DNA from: Felis catus
Lineage: Eukaryota
NCBI RefSeq assembly: GCF_018350175.1
Contig: NC_058368.1
Location: forward strand, 28,336,001 to 28,400,000
Direction: 5' to 3'
DNA length: 64,000 bases
Positions within the stretch are counted from its first letter, which is position 1, and the number at the start of each line of letters is the position of its first letter. The translations under genes were made by a program, and so were the position numbers. The notes beneath the pieces were generated by a model. The model was not told the DNA's origin, made no database searches, and worked only from the letters and a program-made list of their open reading frames with translations. Positions 26,292 to 40,273 of the stretch are shown here, one piece after another.

Positions 26292-26463
26292 AATAGGTGA
26301 AGGGGATTAAGAGCACACTTGTTGTGAGAAGCACTGAGTGATGCAAAGAATTGTTGAATCACTATACTGTGTACCCGAAACTAATATAACACCGTATGTT
26401 ACTTTTTAATTCCTTTTTAATTCCAGTGTATGTACACACATACATACACTGGAATTAAAAAAA
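26292..26463 (+). mobile_element. L1_Carn-like 3' end with foldback tail
   Basis: GGTGAAGGGGATTAAGAG...GCACTGAGTGATG...GAAACTAATATAACAC. Confidence 0.75.
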
Positions 26464-27242
26464 GACAACAGAAGCCAACTTGAAGGAATTCCTACTGGCC
26501 AAACTTGGGCATCTAAAGAATAAAAATAGTTAATGGATCATAACAACTGGATTAAAAAAAAAATCTATGAATCCATTAAAAGAGACAGATAAAAGGATGG
26601 GGGTTGGGGGAAAATACGTGTATATATAAGAAGGCTGAATGACAAATATGGAAAGAATAACAAAATTTAAAAATGCCATTTGTAACTCCCAAAGTAATTA
26701 GTGATTTAGGGAAAAATTATCAATGTATCTTAATCACTGGGTTAAAAGCTACTGGAGAACAGGATACTCTCTCTCAGCATCATCCTACAGATTACTTAAC
26801 TGTACTAATTACAAAGGATACATGTCTTTATATTGGTGATATCTGGTGATATTGGGGGAAGACCAAAGAGACACAATACCCAAATAAGTGTGAATCTTGA
26901 CTGGATCCTACCTAGATGAAGAACAAAGTAAAAATATCAAGGATATCTGAGACAATTAGGGAAATTTGTATATGAACTGCATGTTAGATGATGCTACTGA
27001 ATTAATAATTTTCTGAGGGGCTCTCATGATGCTGATGTTCCTAAGAGATGCCTGCAGCATACTCTCACATGGTTTCAAAAGGGAAGTACGTTTGTGTGTG
27101 CACGTGTATTTATATACACACACAAACAGAATGGGTTGGCAAAATGTTAACAGAGGGTGAACCTAAGTGAAGAGTATGTATAGTGTTCATTGTACTGAGT
27201 TTTTTTTTCCTCAGCTTTTCTATGGGCTTAAAAATATTCGAT

Positions 27243-27438
27243 GTGGCGCCCGGGTGGCTCAGTCGGTTAAGCATCCAACTCTTGATTTTGGCTCAGGTCA
27301 TGATCTTGTGGTTTGTGAGATCGAGGCCCACATCAGGCTCTACACTGGCAGTGTAGATTCTCTCTCTCTCGCTCTATCTGCCTCTCTCCTGCTCTCTCTT
27401 TCTCTCTCTCAAAATAAGTAAAAATAAACTTTAAAAAA
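27243..27438 (+). mobile_element. Can-SINE
   Basis: Head and tail; AAAAATATTC flanking repeat. Confidence 0.9.
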
Positions 27439-28052
27439 TATTCTAAGTTTTAAATGATTCTGTTTTCATTAATGAGTGGAGGTTTTCAGGATAATGTACA
27501 AACAACTCAAAAAAAGGAAAAAATCTGAAATCTGAACCTGAACTATTGATATAAATTCATGACACTGAAAGGACAATGAGTACTCCTAGTACCCAGGGTA
27601 CTTGGTTCCTAAATACTATTCAGGGTTTTTTGGGAAAATAGCCAATTTCAGGTCTGAGGAAGGGTAAGTAGATGGTGAAACTGGGTCAATCTGTTATACT
27701 AGAAAGCAGGGAAGCAATCAAAGAATTAAGAGCCTGAGACAAAATGACACAGGCACCAGCTTAGAGGGACTCCCAGGGACCAAGTTAGAGACCCTCTGAG
27801 CAACTTAAATTAATAAGTAAATGAATAAATGACTATAAATAAAAGATTGGAAAATAGAGAATTTTTAAATCCATGCGTCGAGCAATACAAGTGAATGAAT
27901 GAAGGAATGAGAATAAACTCACTTGCATATTACACCAAATCACTAATCTGAAAATTGGTAATTCAAGGGCATTTACCATGTCTTTTTAGGTGATACTGTA
28001 GTTCATTTAACCTTAATGAGAGAAAGTTTTTCTTTAAGAATTCTCGCTAACT

Positions 28053-28292
28053 GGGGAGCCTGGATGGCACAGTGAGTTAAGCATCTGACTTGCTCAGATC
28101 ATGATCTCACAGTTTGTGAGTTGGAGCCCCGCATCGGCTTCTGTGCTGACAGCTGAGCCTGGAGCCTGCTTCGGATTCTGTGTCTCCCTCTCTCTCTGCC
28201 CCTCCCCGCCTCATGCTCTGTCTCTATCTCTCTCTCTCTCTCTCTCTCAAAAATAAATAATAAACATTTCAAAAAGCTAAAAAAAATAAAAG
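28053..28292 (+). mobile_element. Can-SINE
   Basis: TSD AAGAATTCT(C/A)GCTAA. Confidence 0.92.
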
Positions 28293-29163
28293 AATTCTAG
28301 CTAATAAATGTAAAAGGAATGATAACATTTGGAAAATCATCATTCTGCAGCTTCCAGGAAATAAGATTCTGGAAAGGGTCATCAAGGATGCCAAATATAT
28401 TAGACAAAAGGTTGCTGGAAAAAACAAGATACTTGCACAGAGCCAAGTATCACCCTCACAGATTATGTGATAACTAGAAAACATAAAATATACTTTTAAA
28501 ATGGACAGTTCTGGCAGAGTGATTACCTTCATCAACTGATCAATTTTTGTATCACTGATCACAGGAAAACCTGAAATTCTGTCTTCAAATCATTCTACAA
28601 ATTATTGTTGCCAAAAATGTTTAACCTGAATCTAATCAAGCATTTACACCTAACTTCTAGAATCTATGAAATGGAGAAGAAAGAGGAATAAGTTAAATAC
28701 CACTGTGAGAAAACAACCAGACAGATCCAAAATGTGGGACATTGTATAAGAAACTGGTCCAGCCTGTTCAAGAAGTCAGTCTTGAATTTTAATAAATAAA
28801 AGAAAAAAAAAAAAAGAGGGGAAACTCTCAGACCAAAAGTAATATAAATAAGTCATAATTATCGAGTGCAACTTAAGGCCTAGAAGCCTAGACTGAATCC
28901 AAACTGGGGGTGAGGAGGACTGCGAAAGAGATTTCAAGGATAATAAAGGAAATCTGAGTACATCTGGGTATTGGATAGTAGGGAATTATACTGAATTTTC
29001 TTGAATGTGATCCTCGCACTACTTTTATACAATAACTGTATTATTGTTATGTGGGAGGATACTGTGATCCCTGGGAGAAGCACACTCAAGTATTCAGGAG
29101 TGAAGAGACATTAAGACCATAACTTTCAAGTTTGTTCTGCCACAAAGTAGACACGTGCGTGTA

Positions 29164-29170
29164 CACACAA

Positions 29171-29221
<51 letters not shown>
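29164..29221. repeat. (CA)n microsatellite
   Basis: Read directly from the sequence. Confidence 0.95.
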
Positions 29222-29226
<5 letters not shown>

Positions 29227-29240
29227 AATAAAACAAAATA

Positions 29241-29567
29241 CAACTGACCCTTGAACAACATGGTTTGAATTGCATGGGTACACTTACATGTGGATTTTTT
29301 TCAATGAACATGGTACGATACCGTGTATGTATTTTCTCCTCCTTATGATTTTCTTAATATTTCCTTTTCTCTAGAATTTACTTTAAGAACACAGAATATA
29401 ATACATATACAAAATATGGGTCAATCAACTGTTTAAGTTATTGTTAAGGCTTCACATCAAGAGTAGGCTGTTAGTGGTTAAGTTTCTGGGGAACCAAAAT
29501 TTGTACATGATTTCTGACTGCACAGAGGTTGATGCTCCTAACTCTGACATTGTTCAATGTTTACTTT
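29241..29567 (+). mobile_element. Tigger2a/MER28-like DNA transposon
   Basis: CAACTGACCCTTGAACAACA start and degenerate TTGTTCAATGTTTACT end. Confidence 0.7.
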
Positions 29568-30206
29568 ATTAACAACTGCTGAATATGGTTGATTCATATG
29601 AAAGTTTATGTGTAGGTGTGCTATGAATTTAACTCTTCTTTATGCTTGAAATTTTTCATAATAAAATGTTAGGGGAAAAAAAGGTCAAGAAATGGAAGAG
29701 TAACCAAACTGTCCTAAGAGGAAAAAGGAGGGTTCTTCCACCAACTACAAACAAAGGATCAGGAATCATATTTATTTTGCTCACTACTGATTATCCAATA
29801 CCTAGCACAGCGCCTGGAATATAATAAACACTCAAATTTACATTTGGTGAATGAATGAGTAAATGGTAATATTTTGGGGCAAAGGTAAAGGTACGTAAGA
29901 AAACTTATAGCTGATGTTTACATTCCTAAAAGATGGAAGATCTTGAGAAAATAAAAAACAGAAAACTATCTGTTGAGAAGAAATGGGGAGGCATTGCAAT
30001 CTCTGGGAAATAAAGTTGACTGTCTCCATTACCTCATAACACTATTTTCATATATGCCAATTCTGCAAGATTTTAATATTACTAATTACAATATTGAGAT
30101 TCGTTTAAAAATAAGAATATCATACAGCTGCTTAACAAGATTTTAAAAAATGATCAACATTTTTATTAAAACTATCACTAAAAGAAATCTAACACAGTGA
30201 ACTTAC

Positions 30207-30266
30207 TTTTCTGACAGATGCTCTAGTCTTCACGTGACTGTTTCTCGAAGTCTGGACGGCTGCCAT
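30207..30266 (-). CDS. AKAP11: AKAP11 first coding exon, MAAVQTSRNSHVKTRASVRK (whole exon 30207-30316 including 50 nt UTR)
   Basis: Acceptor TTAG| before 30316, ATG in GTTATGG, donor AAA|GTAAGT; resembles the AKAP11 N-terminus. Confidence 0.92.
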
Positions 30267-30857
30267 AACTATATTGCTTTTCTGTGTAATCAATGAAGAA
30301 TTAGTCCATACAACACCTAAAGAAAACACATTAAAAGAAAACTACTGATTTCAGTGATTCAGGCAAGCATTTTGTCCTAAAATAAGCTCTTTAAATTCAG
30401 TCATTTAAAAAAATTAAAACATAAAACAAAAATTCTGAGACATAAACAATTATTATAAAGTAGTTTACCCTTATTTATTCAATCTCACTGCCTTTGTGAG
30501 GTTTTTTTTGTTTTTTATTTTTGTGTTTTTACAAATAAGAAAATACTTGAAAGTCTTAATAAGAAGTGTTTAGAAAACCTTTTAAAATCTAAAATAGTGA
30601 AGATTACAAAAAAATCCGAGCCTTCTTGTCTCCCAAAAGTCACTCTAACCCTACAGCAACCGTGAATGTGTGAATGTTTTTTACACCTTATTTCTTGGGT
30701 AGAAATATTTGATAATATACAAATGAGAATATGAAATCTGTGTAGATAAAATAAAATCACATAAACAATAACAAATTCCTTATTTAGCCATCTTAACAGC
30801 ATACCAATGACTAGAGTTAAAAAAAAATCCAAGTTAAATGATTAAGAGTACTTACAA

Positions 30858-30940
30858 CACATGTACACGTGTATACACATACACACACATACGCACACAT
30901 ACACACACACATACACACACACACACACACATACACATAC
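30858..30940. repeat. Imperfect (CA)n
   Basis: Read directly from the sequence. Confidence 0.9.
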
Positions 30941-31478
30941 CCCTCTTGGAAGAAACTCTGAAACTAAAGGACTTAAACTTTTTATCAATGTTTTAAGGCA
31001 GTACCTTTGAGAGTTTAAATCAACTTGGGCATTAACCATTCAAAATTCACATCTGACCATAGTACCTTGTTCATTTAAAATCTACTTGGACTCGATGCTA
31101 TGGATACAGGGGAGAATAAAGCAATATGGCCCTTGGGTTTAGAGTGTTGGAAGAAAAACATTTTATTATAGTAAAGAATGAGAATAGGAAGTGAATTCTA
31201 AATCATTAAATAACTAAAAAATTTGAATCAATAAAGACTTAAGAAATGGTTAGTTTCAACCAAATTGGCCTTACCAAGAATTAACCTAGTTGAGGTTTTC
31301 AAGGCATCCGATTAATGTTAAGTTTACACTATGAAAAGATTTATACGCAAAATCAAACATCAACTAGTTTCCATCAGAACTGCAAAAAAAACCCCCTAAA
31401 TTTCAGTGGAGTTCTAATTTTATACTCTTTCACCGTAGAGATAAAACCAAAGTGTGTATGCATGCGCATAGATTCTAA

Positions 31479-31645
31479 TTTTTTTTAAGTTTATTTATTT
31501 AGAGAGAGAGGGTGCGCAAGTGGGGGAGGGGTAGAGAGAGAGGGAGAAAGAGAATCTCCCAATCCGGGACTCGAACCCACAAACCATGAGATCGTGATCT
31601 GAGCCAAAATCCCATGCTTAACCAACTTTAGCCACCCAGGTGCCG
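31479..31645 (-). mobile_element. Can-SINE, internally deleted
   Basis: TSD TAG(A/G)TTCTAATT. Confidence 0.85.
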
Positions 31646-32409
31646 CTAGGTTCTAATTTCTAATAAAGAATTATGATGCTATTCTATTCTGAACTAGGAT
31701 AAATCCTAGTGGTCTCTTGAATAATAAAATGTGATTAATGACTAGAATTGAAGTAGGACTGTGAGAAAGGCAAGGGAGGTCTCGACAGTACAAGATAAAG
31801 AGCAACATACCAGAACTCAGAAGAGTACCATTTGTGTCCTTGTTCTTCCTCTCATTAGCTTTGTTTCCTCCAAGTAAATTGAAGTATCTTTGGATCTATT
31901 TCCTCAATGTACATATCAACTTACTTACTGGAGAAGTTTACTGTAAGAATGAAATGGAAAATAATTTATAGGAGGCATTTTAGAAACTATAAATAATAGC
32001 TAAAAGAAAAATTAAAATATTTACTTACAGGCCAAAATGATCAAGGGGGTCAAATTCTCAAAATGAGGTATAAACATAAAAGTTTATGTGGCCAAGGCAA
32101 GACAATAATCCTTTTTACTCCTCTTTACCCATAGAGTTCTCTTCAACTGCCAGAAACCCTCAGAGGCAAAGGGACTTGCCTTAAGTACCATATAAAATAC
32201 AAAGGCCAACACAAGGGTTCCAGAAAAGGAAAATTCTCAAACACAGCGCCTGAGTCAACTAGCATCTTTCTGGTGGGCAAAAGTGTAATGCAAATCTAAA
32301 CTCTGAAAATATTCCTGTGCTATGATACAACAATTCTACTTTCGGGAACTCATCAAAGAAAACAATGATCCTAGAGCATCTAGGGTCCTAGCGAGAGCTT
32401 CTAAGGCTC

Positions 32410-32600
32410 CAAGTGCTTTACTAAGAGATTTACATGAAGATCTCATTTAATCCTTAGGACTGGTACAGTAGTACTACTCCAGTTTTACAATGAGAAAAAC
32501 TGAGGCAAGGATGAGTTAAGCAACTCGTGCAGGTCCACACAGTAAGCAGGAAAGCTGAGATTCAAATCCAAACCTTCAAACTCTAGCACCCCAGGTCTTA
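32410..32600 (-). mobile_element. MIR
   Basis: CAGTTTTACAATGAGAAAAACTGAGGC...GTTAAGCAACT core. Confidence 0.7.
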
Positions 32601-32775
32601 AACAGTATAAATGTTTGAAAAGGTGTTCAAACACCAGTATTAAGGTCTGAAAAGGTATTCAAACACACTTTATACTGGAGAGAAATAAGAAGCACTCTAG
32701 ATGCTAGACAGGAGAGTGACTGAGTAACTGAGATGCATTCCCTGTTGATGCAATCATGTTAAAAATAACACTGAA

Positions 32776-32963
32776 GGGGGTGCCTGGATGGCTCAGTTGG
32801 TTAAGCGTCTGACTTCGGCTCAGGTCATGATCCCCCAGTTCACGGGTTCAAGCCCTGCGTCAGACTCTGCTGACAGCTCAGAGCCTGCTCTGGATTTTCT
32901 GTCTCCCTCTCTGCCGCTCTCTCTCTCAAAAATAAATATTAAAAACACAAGTGTAAAAAAAAA
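32776..32963 (+). mobile_element. Can-SINE
   Basis: Head and tail; AACACTGAAGG flanking repeat. Confidence 0.9.
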
Positions 32964-35900
32964 CACATCTCTTCCTAAATAACTACAACACTGAAGGACA
33001 GAGGAACAGTGCACAAGGCATCTTCCCCTTCTCTGACTCCTGAAAGGGCGGAGTTGGGGAAAGAGATGGGAAAAAGCAATCACCTTTGCAGCTGCTAACC
33101 AAAGTCAATAATGAGCAAAGATTACACGCTCAGGAAAGAAGGTGACTGGTTATCTAGATGAGCCGCTTACCGGAAGGTGCTGTGACATGCCAGGCCCCTG
33201 ACAAGGAGGTTGGGGGAGGCCAGGGTGCTCTGAGACAACATCCCGGATTTGACACCTCTAATTACCCCAGTGCTCTACCTACAATACTCCTGAATAGCAG
33301 ACTGGGGCAGAACACTCTTTTCACAGTGCAGTACTAAAGCAAACAGAATCCAGTATTTAACAGACCTACGAAGGAACATTAAAAACATAAAATAAAAAAG
33401 TAAAAATACACTAAAGACAAAAAAAAAAAAAAAAAAGCCCAGACAAATATAATCATGTCACCCAAAACCCATATAATCTATTTTCAGACCACTACCTCAG
33501 AATTTATATTACTAAAAAAGACACCATATTTAGTTCTGTATCTTCACTCATTTTCTGAACCCTACTCCATCTCTTTGTGTTTAACGTAACACATGAGTAA
33601 AATATTATCTCACTAAGGGAAAAACCTATCAGAGAATGATCTTTGCAACAGCCTATCCAAGTGACTCCAACGTGAGACAGTGTGACTCATACCTCTGGTA
33701 AAGCAAAGAAAAAAAAAATGTATCTTTGGAAATGATGTGAAGACAGATGGGGGGAAAAGCAACAGAGCACGGTTTCTTCACCACCTTATATAATTCGAGG
33801 GAATGCAGTTTTAGCCAGATTTCACAAGAGGAGCAAAACTACAGTGTTTTCCCCTAAACACCTTTGTGTTATGATGACAAACTTTTCACTGAATGCTTTT
33901 TTGATTTGTGCCCTATCACAGGTAAATAAACAAGAGTCCTAAGCAGGGAATAACTAAGTGTGTTTCTCTACAAAGAAATTAGAGTGATCCAGATCATTTT
34001 TTGAAAGCAGATCAGAGAGAAGAAAGTACAGACAGACAGGACAGACAACTGAAAAGTAAGCTGCTACAGCTCACTGAGGACACAGGATATAAAGACAATA
34101 CCATGAAATAATCAAAATCCCCTCAGAAGCAACCAAAAGGCAGAATGGATATTGCTAAAGACATCGGAACACCGAGGGAATCTTAAGAAATATCACAGAA
34201 TACAAACAGATGAAAGCATTGGAGAACAATTATGAAGAGTACAGAAAACACACATATGGGGCACTTTGAATAAATTACACTTATCTTAGGATCCTGTGAT
34301 TCCCCTTCTTAAAATTTATCCTACATATACACTTGCACAAAATTCATAAATATATATGTGAAAGAATAGTCACTAAAACAAAAAAAAAAACTAAAAATAA
34401 TCTAGAAGCCCATCAATTCAAATAAATTATACTGCATTCATATGACTGATTTTTACCAGCTGTTGGAATTAGATGAATACACACTGATGTGACAGCATTA
34501 CCACAAAATATTAAGGGGAAAAGCAAATTGCAGAACAGTGTAAACAGTACGCTCTTTACTTGTCATTAAAAAAAAAATTACATGCGCCAACTCTGTGTGT
34601 ATATTTGTACAGGCCTCGGAAATACCATAATGGATATAGACTAAACTCATGATAGTGGTCATTCATGACAACTGGGACTTTTTTTAATGTTATGAAATGT
34701 CACATACCTATAATATGGGAAGATGATACACTGTTAAGTAAAATAAGTTTCCACATGTTCACAGTATCCCATTTTTGGGTAAAATCTGTATAACTGCACG
34801 TGTGTTATTTGTATATGCGACATAAAAGAGAACATGTACTAGATGGGTACAAACATTGTTTTTTTACCTAAGTAGATGCAATGATGCCGGTTTTATTCTT
34901 CTGGATGTACAGAAGTTCTTTTATAATGAGAAAATAAGTACTTCCCATGTCTTTCCTCCTCTCCTCTGGCCTAAGAAATTTTCAAGTTGGCATCATCTAT
35001 TTCCTGACCTTTTTATAGCATGAGTTAACCAAACCAAGGAGTCTCTGAAGCCCCTTCCTTGTCTTCTATCAACACTCTCGTCCCATCTTGACTCTCTTCC
35101 TATGGCACTGGTTCTCAAACTTCAGTACAGGTGTGGATCAGCTTATTTCTAACCCATTCCACCCTGGAAGGTCCAGATTCAGGAGGTCTACATGGAATCC
35201 TGAAATCTATACCTTTAACAAGTATCCTCTGTGATTTCTGAATGAGAACACTTCTCTCTCTCTAGGTACTACATTAGCCTCCTTCTCTAAATTTTTTCAC
35301 AACTTGTTACTCAAACGCTAATATTTCTAACCTTCATCCTTGTCCTTTGTGGTATTCAGTCTACCTAGTTTTCCAAGGATATTCAATCTCTACCTCTGAT
35401 TTTAACTGTGCAAATAAGTCCCTAATGTCTATCTCCAGTTCGACTCCTGAACCTGTGTTTCAGTTCCTTGGGTCCAATTTTCTATTCAATACTTCTAACT
35501 AAATATCCCAGTTACTCCAAAATTGGTACGTCCAAAAACCGAATAAAATTTTCTCTCTAAACAATTTCTCTCCGTAGAGCCAGTAAACCAACTGAGCCAG
35601 CAGGCTAAGCTGGAAACTGGCTTTTCCCTCAATCCCTATAGACTACCACATCTAGTCAGTCACCAAATCCTGACCTGTCACCCTCCTAAGCTTCCCTCAA
35701 ACCTACCCTCTCTTCCATCAGCTAAACTGTCATTTACTCTTCATGCATCAGTTGAAGGACCTCCCTCCTTGAGGAAGACTTGGCTCATCTTACCAATCCC
35801 TCCTTGCCCAAACAGTAGCCACCACCTCTGTGCTCTCCCAAGGTGGGTTGTCCCAGTCCATTTTTTTCCTGCTTCCTTCCTTTTGTGAATTTCTGGAGGA

Positions 35901-36199
35901 CAAAAATGTTTTATTGTATTTACATTCTAACACAGAAGGCAAATCAAACATCTGCTGAATAAATAAAAAGTCTTTGAAGAGGCAAGTATACCTTCAAATG
36001 TTTCAATGGGTACTTCTACATTTAATGAATCATTATCAGCTTCCAATAATTTCTAATTTTACAATATTTGATAACACAGTAAATGCTCCAAAAACACGTG
36101 TTGGCCGAATTCCAAATGGCCAAGTGTTAAAATTAATATTCTGTTAAATATAAATACAACAAAGCGGGGCAAAATACGTGAAACATTAGTTTTCAAACA

Positions 36200-38040
36200 T
36201 TAGGCAACAGGTAACCCAGGCCTATGACTGCCGAAAGAAGGGAAACACTGGCCGCTGGCTACTTTCAGGTCACAGCACAGACAGGAGAAAGCCAAGTGTT
36301 CTGATGGTCTCAGCAAGTTGCAGAGGCAGAGATGAGAGTCTGGAAAGGCCAAGGTGGCTAGAACGCTCAGGGTACAGCACTGGAGAGAGAGCTCACAAAG
36401 ACTGAGAGCATCAGAGAGTTGCAGATGGGTTCTTCTAGGGACTTTGGTCAAATACTGATCTATGCCAAGTGTCAGAAGTTGGGGAAATAACTACCAAACA
36501 GCAGCAGGCCAAACAATACCTGGAGCCAGACAGGGCTTGGAATAATCTGCACCCCCACCAACCGGAGTGGAAAAAAAGCTGTGTAATATATCAGGCAATG
36601 GATGGGCTCCTCAGACGCAATTTACCTTAGCTGGGGGACTAAGGGAGCACTACAGTGAGGCTTTTCTGCAGGCGCACTAACAAAGCTCAAAAGCAAGCCT
36701 CAAAACAATCCGACAGATTCCAAACAACCATGAACCCCAACTAAACCCAACACTTAAAAAATACAACAAAACTGAAAAAAAAAACGACACACACACACAC
36801 ACAACAAAATCGAGCAAGCAATAGCATAAACCTGAACGGCCAGCACACAGTCAAAAATTACCTGTGGAGGAGAAAAATATGACCCCTAAGCAGGAGGAAA
36901 CAAGGCAAGTAGTGCAGACCCAGAAATGACAAATGGAATGAACAGAAAAGATGTCAAAATTATACTACGAGCATGTTCCATATACTCAAAAGGGAAGAGG
37001 AAAACATGATCATAAGGAGAGAACAGAAAATATAAGAGACCCAAACCAAACCTCTAGAGTTAAAAATAAATCTAAAATAAAACCATACTGGGTGCAATCA
37101 ACAGCAGATTAAACACTGCAACAGAAAGTGAACTTCAAGACATAGCAAAAGAAGCAATCAAAACTGAAGCACAGAGAGAAGCCTACAAACAAACAAGGCA
37201 GCATCAGTGACTCACTGTGAAAGGTGAGTAACTGGAATCCCCAAAAAGGTGGGGGACAGGAGTAATCTATGAAGATAAAATGGCTCAGAATTTCCAAAAG
37301 TTGATGAAAACCATAAACTGACAGATACAAGAGAGATCGACAAATCCTAAGAAAAATGAACATAAAGAAAACCACACCAAGGTACATCATAACCCAGTTT
37401 CTGAAAACTAGGGATAGAGAATTCTTAAAAGCAACCAGAGAGAAAAGTATATATTACATAAAGAGGAACAAAGAAAGACAGCAGACTTCTTGTCAGAAAC
37501 TATGCGGAGCCATAAATAAAACTGAGCAACATCTAAAAAAAATGTGTCAACTGAGATATCTATACCCACAGAAAGTATCTTTTAAAAATTAAGGCAAAAT
37601 AAGTTTATTTGAGCTAAAAAAAAAAAAAAAAAAAAAAGCTGTGAGAACTCACCACCCGCCAACCATCAGTAGAATAAAGGTTAAAAGAAATTCTATGGGC
37701 AAAAAACAAAAAACAAAAAACAATACCAGATAGAAGTCTGAATCTAAACAACAAGTTTAGAATGCCTGAAAGGGTAAATATGAGGGTAATATAAAAGCTG
37801 TTTCAGAGCTATTTTCTTTTTGTTTAATCCCTTAAAAAAAAAAAACTATTTAAACTAAAAGTGATAACAATGTATGAATGGGGTTTACAACATACACAAG
37901 TAAAATGCATTACAAAATAAAACAGAGTGTGGCAGGCTGGAGTTAGAAAAATGCTGTTCCTTCAGTATACAAAAAGTGATACTGATAAGTTAAAGTTATC
38001 TTGTAAACCCCAGAGCAACCATTAAAAACAAAACAATAAC
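36200..38040 (+). mobile_element. Degraded L1M 5'/ORF1 fragment, antisense to AKAP11
   Basis: ORF 37356..37592 (KKTTPRYII...LKATREK...YPQKVSFKN) resembles L1 ORF1p. Confidence 0.8.
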
Positions 38041-40066
38041 ACCTGACAGGCCAACAGTGGCATTAGGGTGAAGCATCTCTCCTTTCTGCAAAAATCAGGA
38101 AGCTAAGGCTAATCTTCACAAGATTCTCTAAGAGTGCAATTACATAATATATGTAAAAACAGTACCTGATATAGCAGGAATTGATATAGTGGGAATTCAA
38201 ACATTTGCTTCTTTCTTAGGAACAGACTTGCTGTTTAGCTTATAATATCTAAAAATACCACGGCTATCAGTTACTATTTTGTTTTTCCTTTCAAAACAAT
38301 AATCAATCATATAAAAAGACCTAATTTGTGTTTGACCTAAATGATTATCTATTAAGATATTTGCTTCTCTAATTTCCTGCACACCAACAATAAATACAGC
38401 TAAAAAAAACCCTAAAATCTTTAGGCTGTGCTTTCAGTGTGAATACACAGCTTAGAAGTTGAAGCAATATTCTTAATCTTGTACATAACCCCCATCTACA
38501 AGATTACTTTAACAAAAAATATGTTCAGAATTTTAACCTAGGAAAACATTTCTCTTTATCAGTGACATCTATTCTGCCATGACTCAAAGAGTTGTACTGC
38601 TGAAAAGACATTTATGTAGCTCTTGCAAATAGTGATAAAGCTCCACCCTAACCCACCAGTAGCAGAAATGAGTGAATGGATCTGCTTTGCAAATGGCCCA
38701 GTGCTTGGCACGTAACGAGGCATTCTAAAAACCTGTGCAGAACCTATTAACCGATAGGATATATAAGGCATTAAAAAAAAAAAGAATGTGAAAGATAATT
38801 TTAAGGTTTCAAGCTTGGGGATGTGGAAGAAAAGTGGAGCCTTTGCCAATTACAGGGTAACTGGAAGACAGTGTTTATGTCAATGTAATATCCAAAGTCA
38901 CCTAAAATATATACATTTAGTTGGGGAGGTCAGAACTAGTGATGTTACTCCAGGAGTCATCTATATATACAGAGCTTGAAAGCTGATCCTAGAGACTGGG
39001 AAAGCACAGAGAAGATCAAGAAAGAATCTTAGGGGGCAACCATGATAAAAGGTTGCCGGGCAGGTAAACAAAGAACCACAAACAAGTGGCAGTTTGAAAA
39101 GGAGGCAAGGTAGAGATTTAGAAAACTTTAGTGTCACTGGAGTCAAGAGACAGTTTTATGTCTAGAGTGGTCAGCATTAAGCTTATACTAAACTCCTGAG
39201 GGTAGAAATGACACTCCTTTCATCTCTGAATGCTGCAGGAGTCCATATCGTGGCACCTGCCACACAGAATGCACTTAGTAGTAATCATACTACATCCTTA
39301 CACTGTGCCCGTGAGAGGTACTGCTTAATTGCTGTTGAACAGCACTCACATTTCTCACAACAGAAGTTGCTGTTAATATACCCATCTTACATATAGAGAG
39401 ACTGAGGCACGAAGCATTTACATAATTTGCCTTCATTCAGAAACCTAGAAGAATCCATCCTGAAAGAGACCGTTACTGAGAGCGAGTTCAATGCAGTACT
39501 AGAGGGGAAAATGCCAACTGCAGGATGTTAACGGACACCAGAGGTTCCCGTCATTCCTCCCTGTCTATCCCCTCTTTATTCGAGAACTTGTGGTACTCAG
39601 TCTAACAAAGTACAAACTGTGAGACGCACCTAAGTCTCCTCCTCATCCATTTACCATTCTCCTCTTCGCCGGTCCTCAGCCAACTGGACTACGAGTGCAT
39701 ACTCGACCCACAGGATTATCCTTCTAGAAATTCAGAATTAAGAGATGCAGATACTCGTTGAGACTCATGCTAAAGCAAAGTGAGTCTGGTGTTGGCACCA
39801 CAGCAAACCAAAGTTTCATGCAAGCCAAAGCCAGGGGGAAGCAGAAACCAAGAGCCTTAAAGAGAGCCAATCGAAAAGGAATTGCTTCAAAAGACATAAT
39901 AGCGTCCAGAGTGCCAAAGAACAGAGGAGCAGACACAGAAGACCATGTGTTCCCAGAGAAAAACTGGAAGAGTTAACTGTCTGAAGATTTTCTAGTTCCC
40001 AGGACCCTAAGTTGGACTTCATGCAATGGGCTTCAGAAGCAACCCACCAAATGTGTTGACAAATAC

Positions 40067-40273
40067 TTTTTTGTTTATTTATTTATTTTGAGAGAGACAG
40101 AGACAGTGCCAGTAGGGGAGGAGCAGAGAGAGAGGGAGAGAGAGAATCCCAAGCAGGATCCGCACTGCCAGAGCACAGCCCCACACAGGGCTGGAACTCA
40201 GGAACCAGGAGATCGGGACCTGAGGCAAAAGGTAGAGTTGGAAGCTTAACCAACTGAGTCGCCCAGGCGCCCC
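40067..40273 (-). mobile_element. Can-SINE
   Basis: Head and tail; TGACAAA flanking repeat. Confidence 0.9.

Larger units (their letters stand above)
25780..29150 (+). mobile_element. Old L1M (L1MC/MD-like) 3' fragments interrupted by SINEs and a younger L1 tail
   Basis: CCCAGATTTTGGTTTCTAAATACCATT-like motif twice (about 26113 and 27591); AAAATGTTTAACCTGAATCTAATCA. Confidence 0.6.

Noticed and set aside
30608..30700. Non-coding exon 2 of AKAP11
   Set aside because: Expected near here from my memory of the human gene, but several AG/GT pairs are possible and none is convincing
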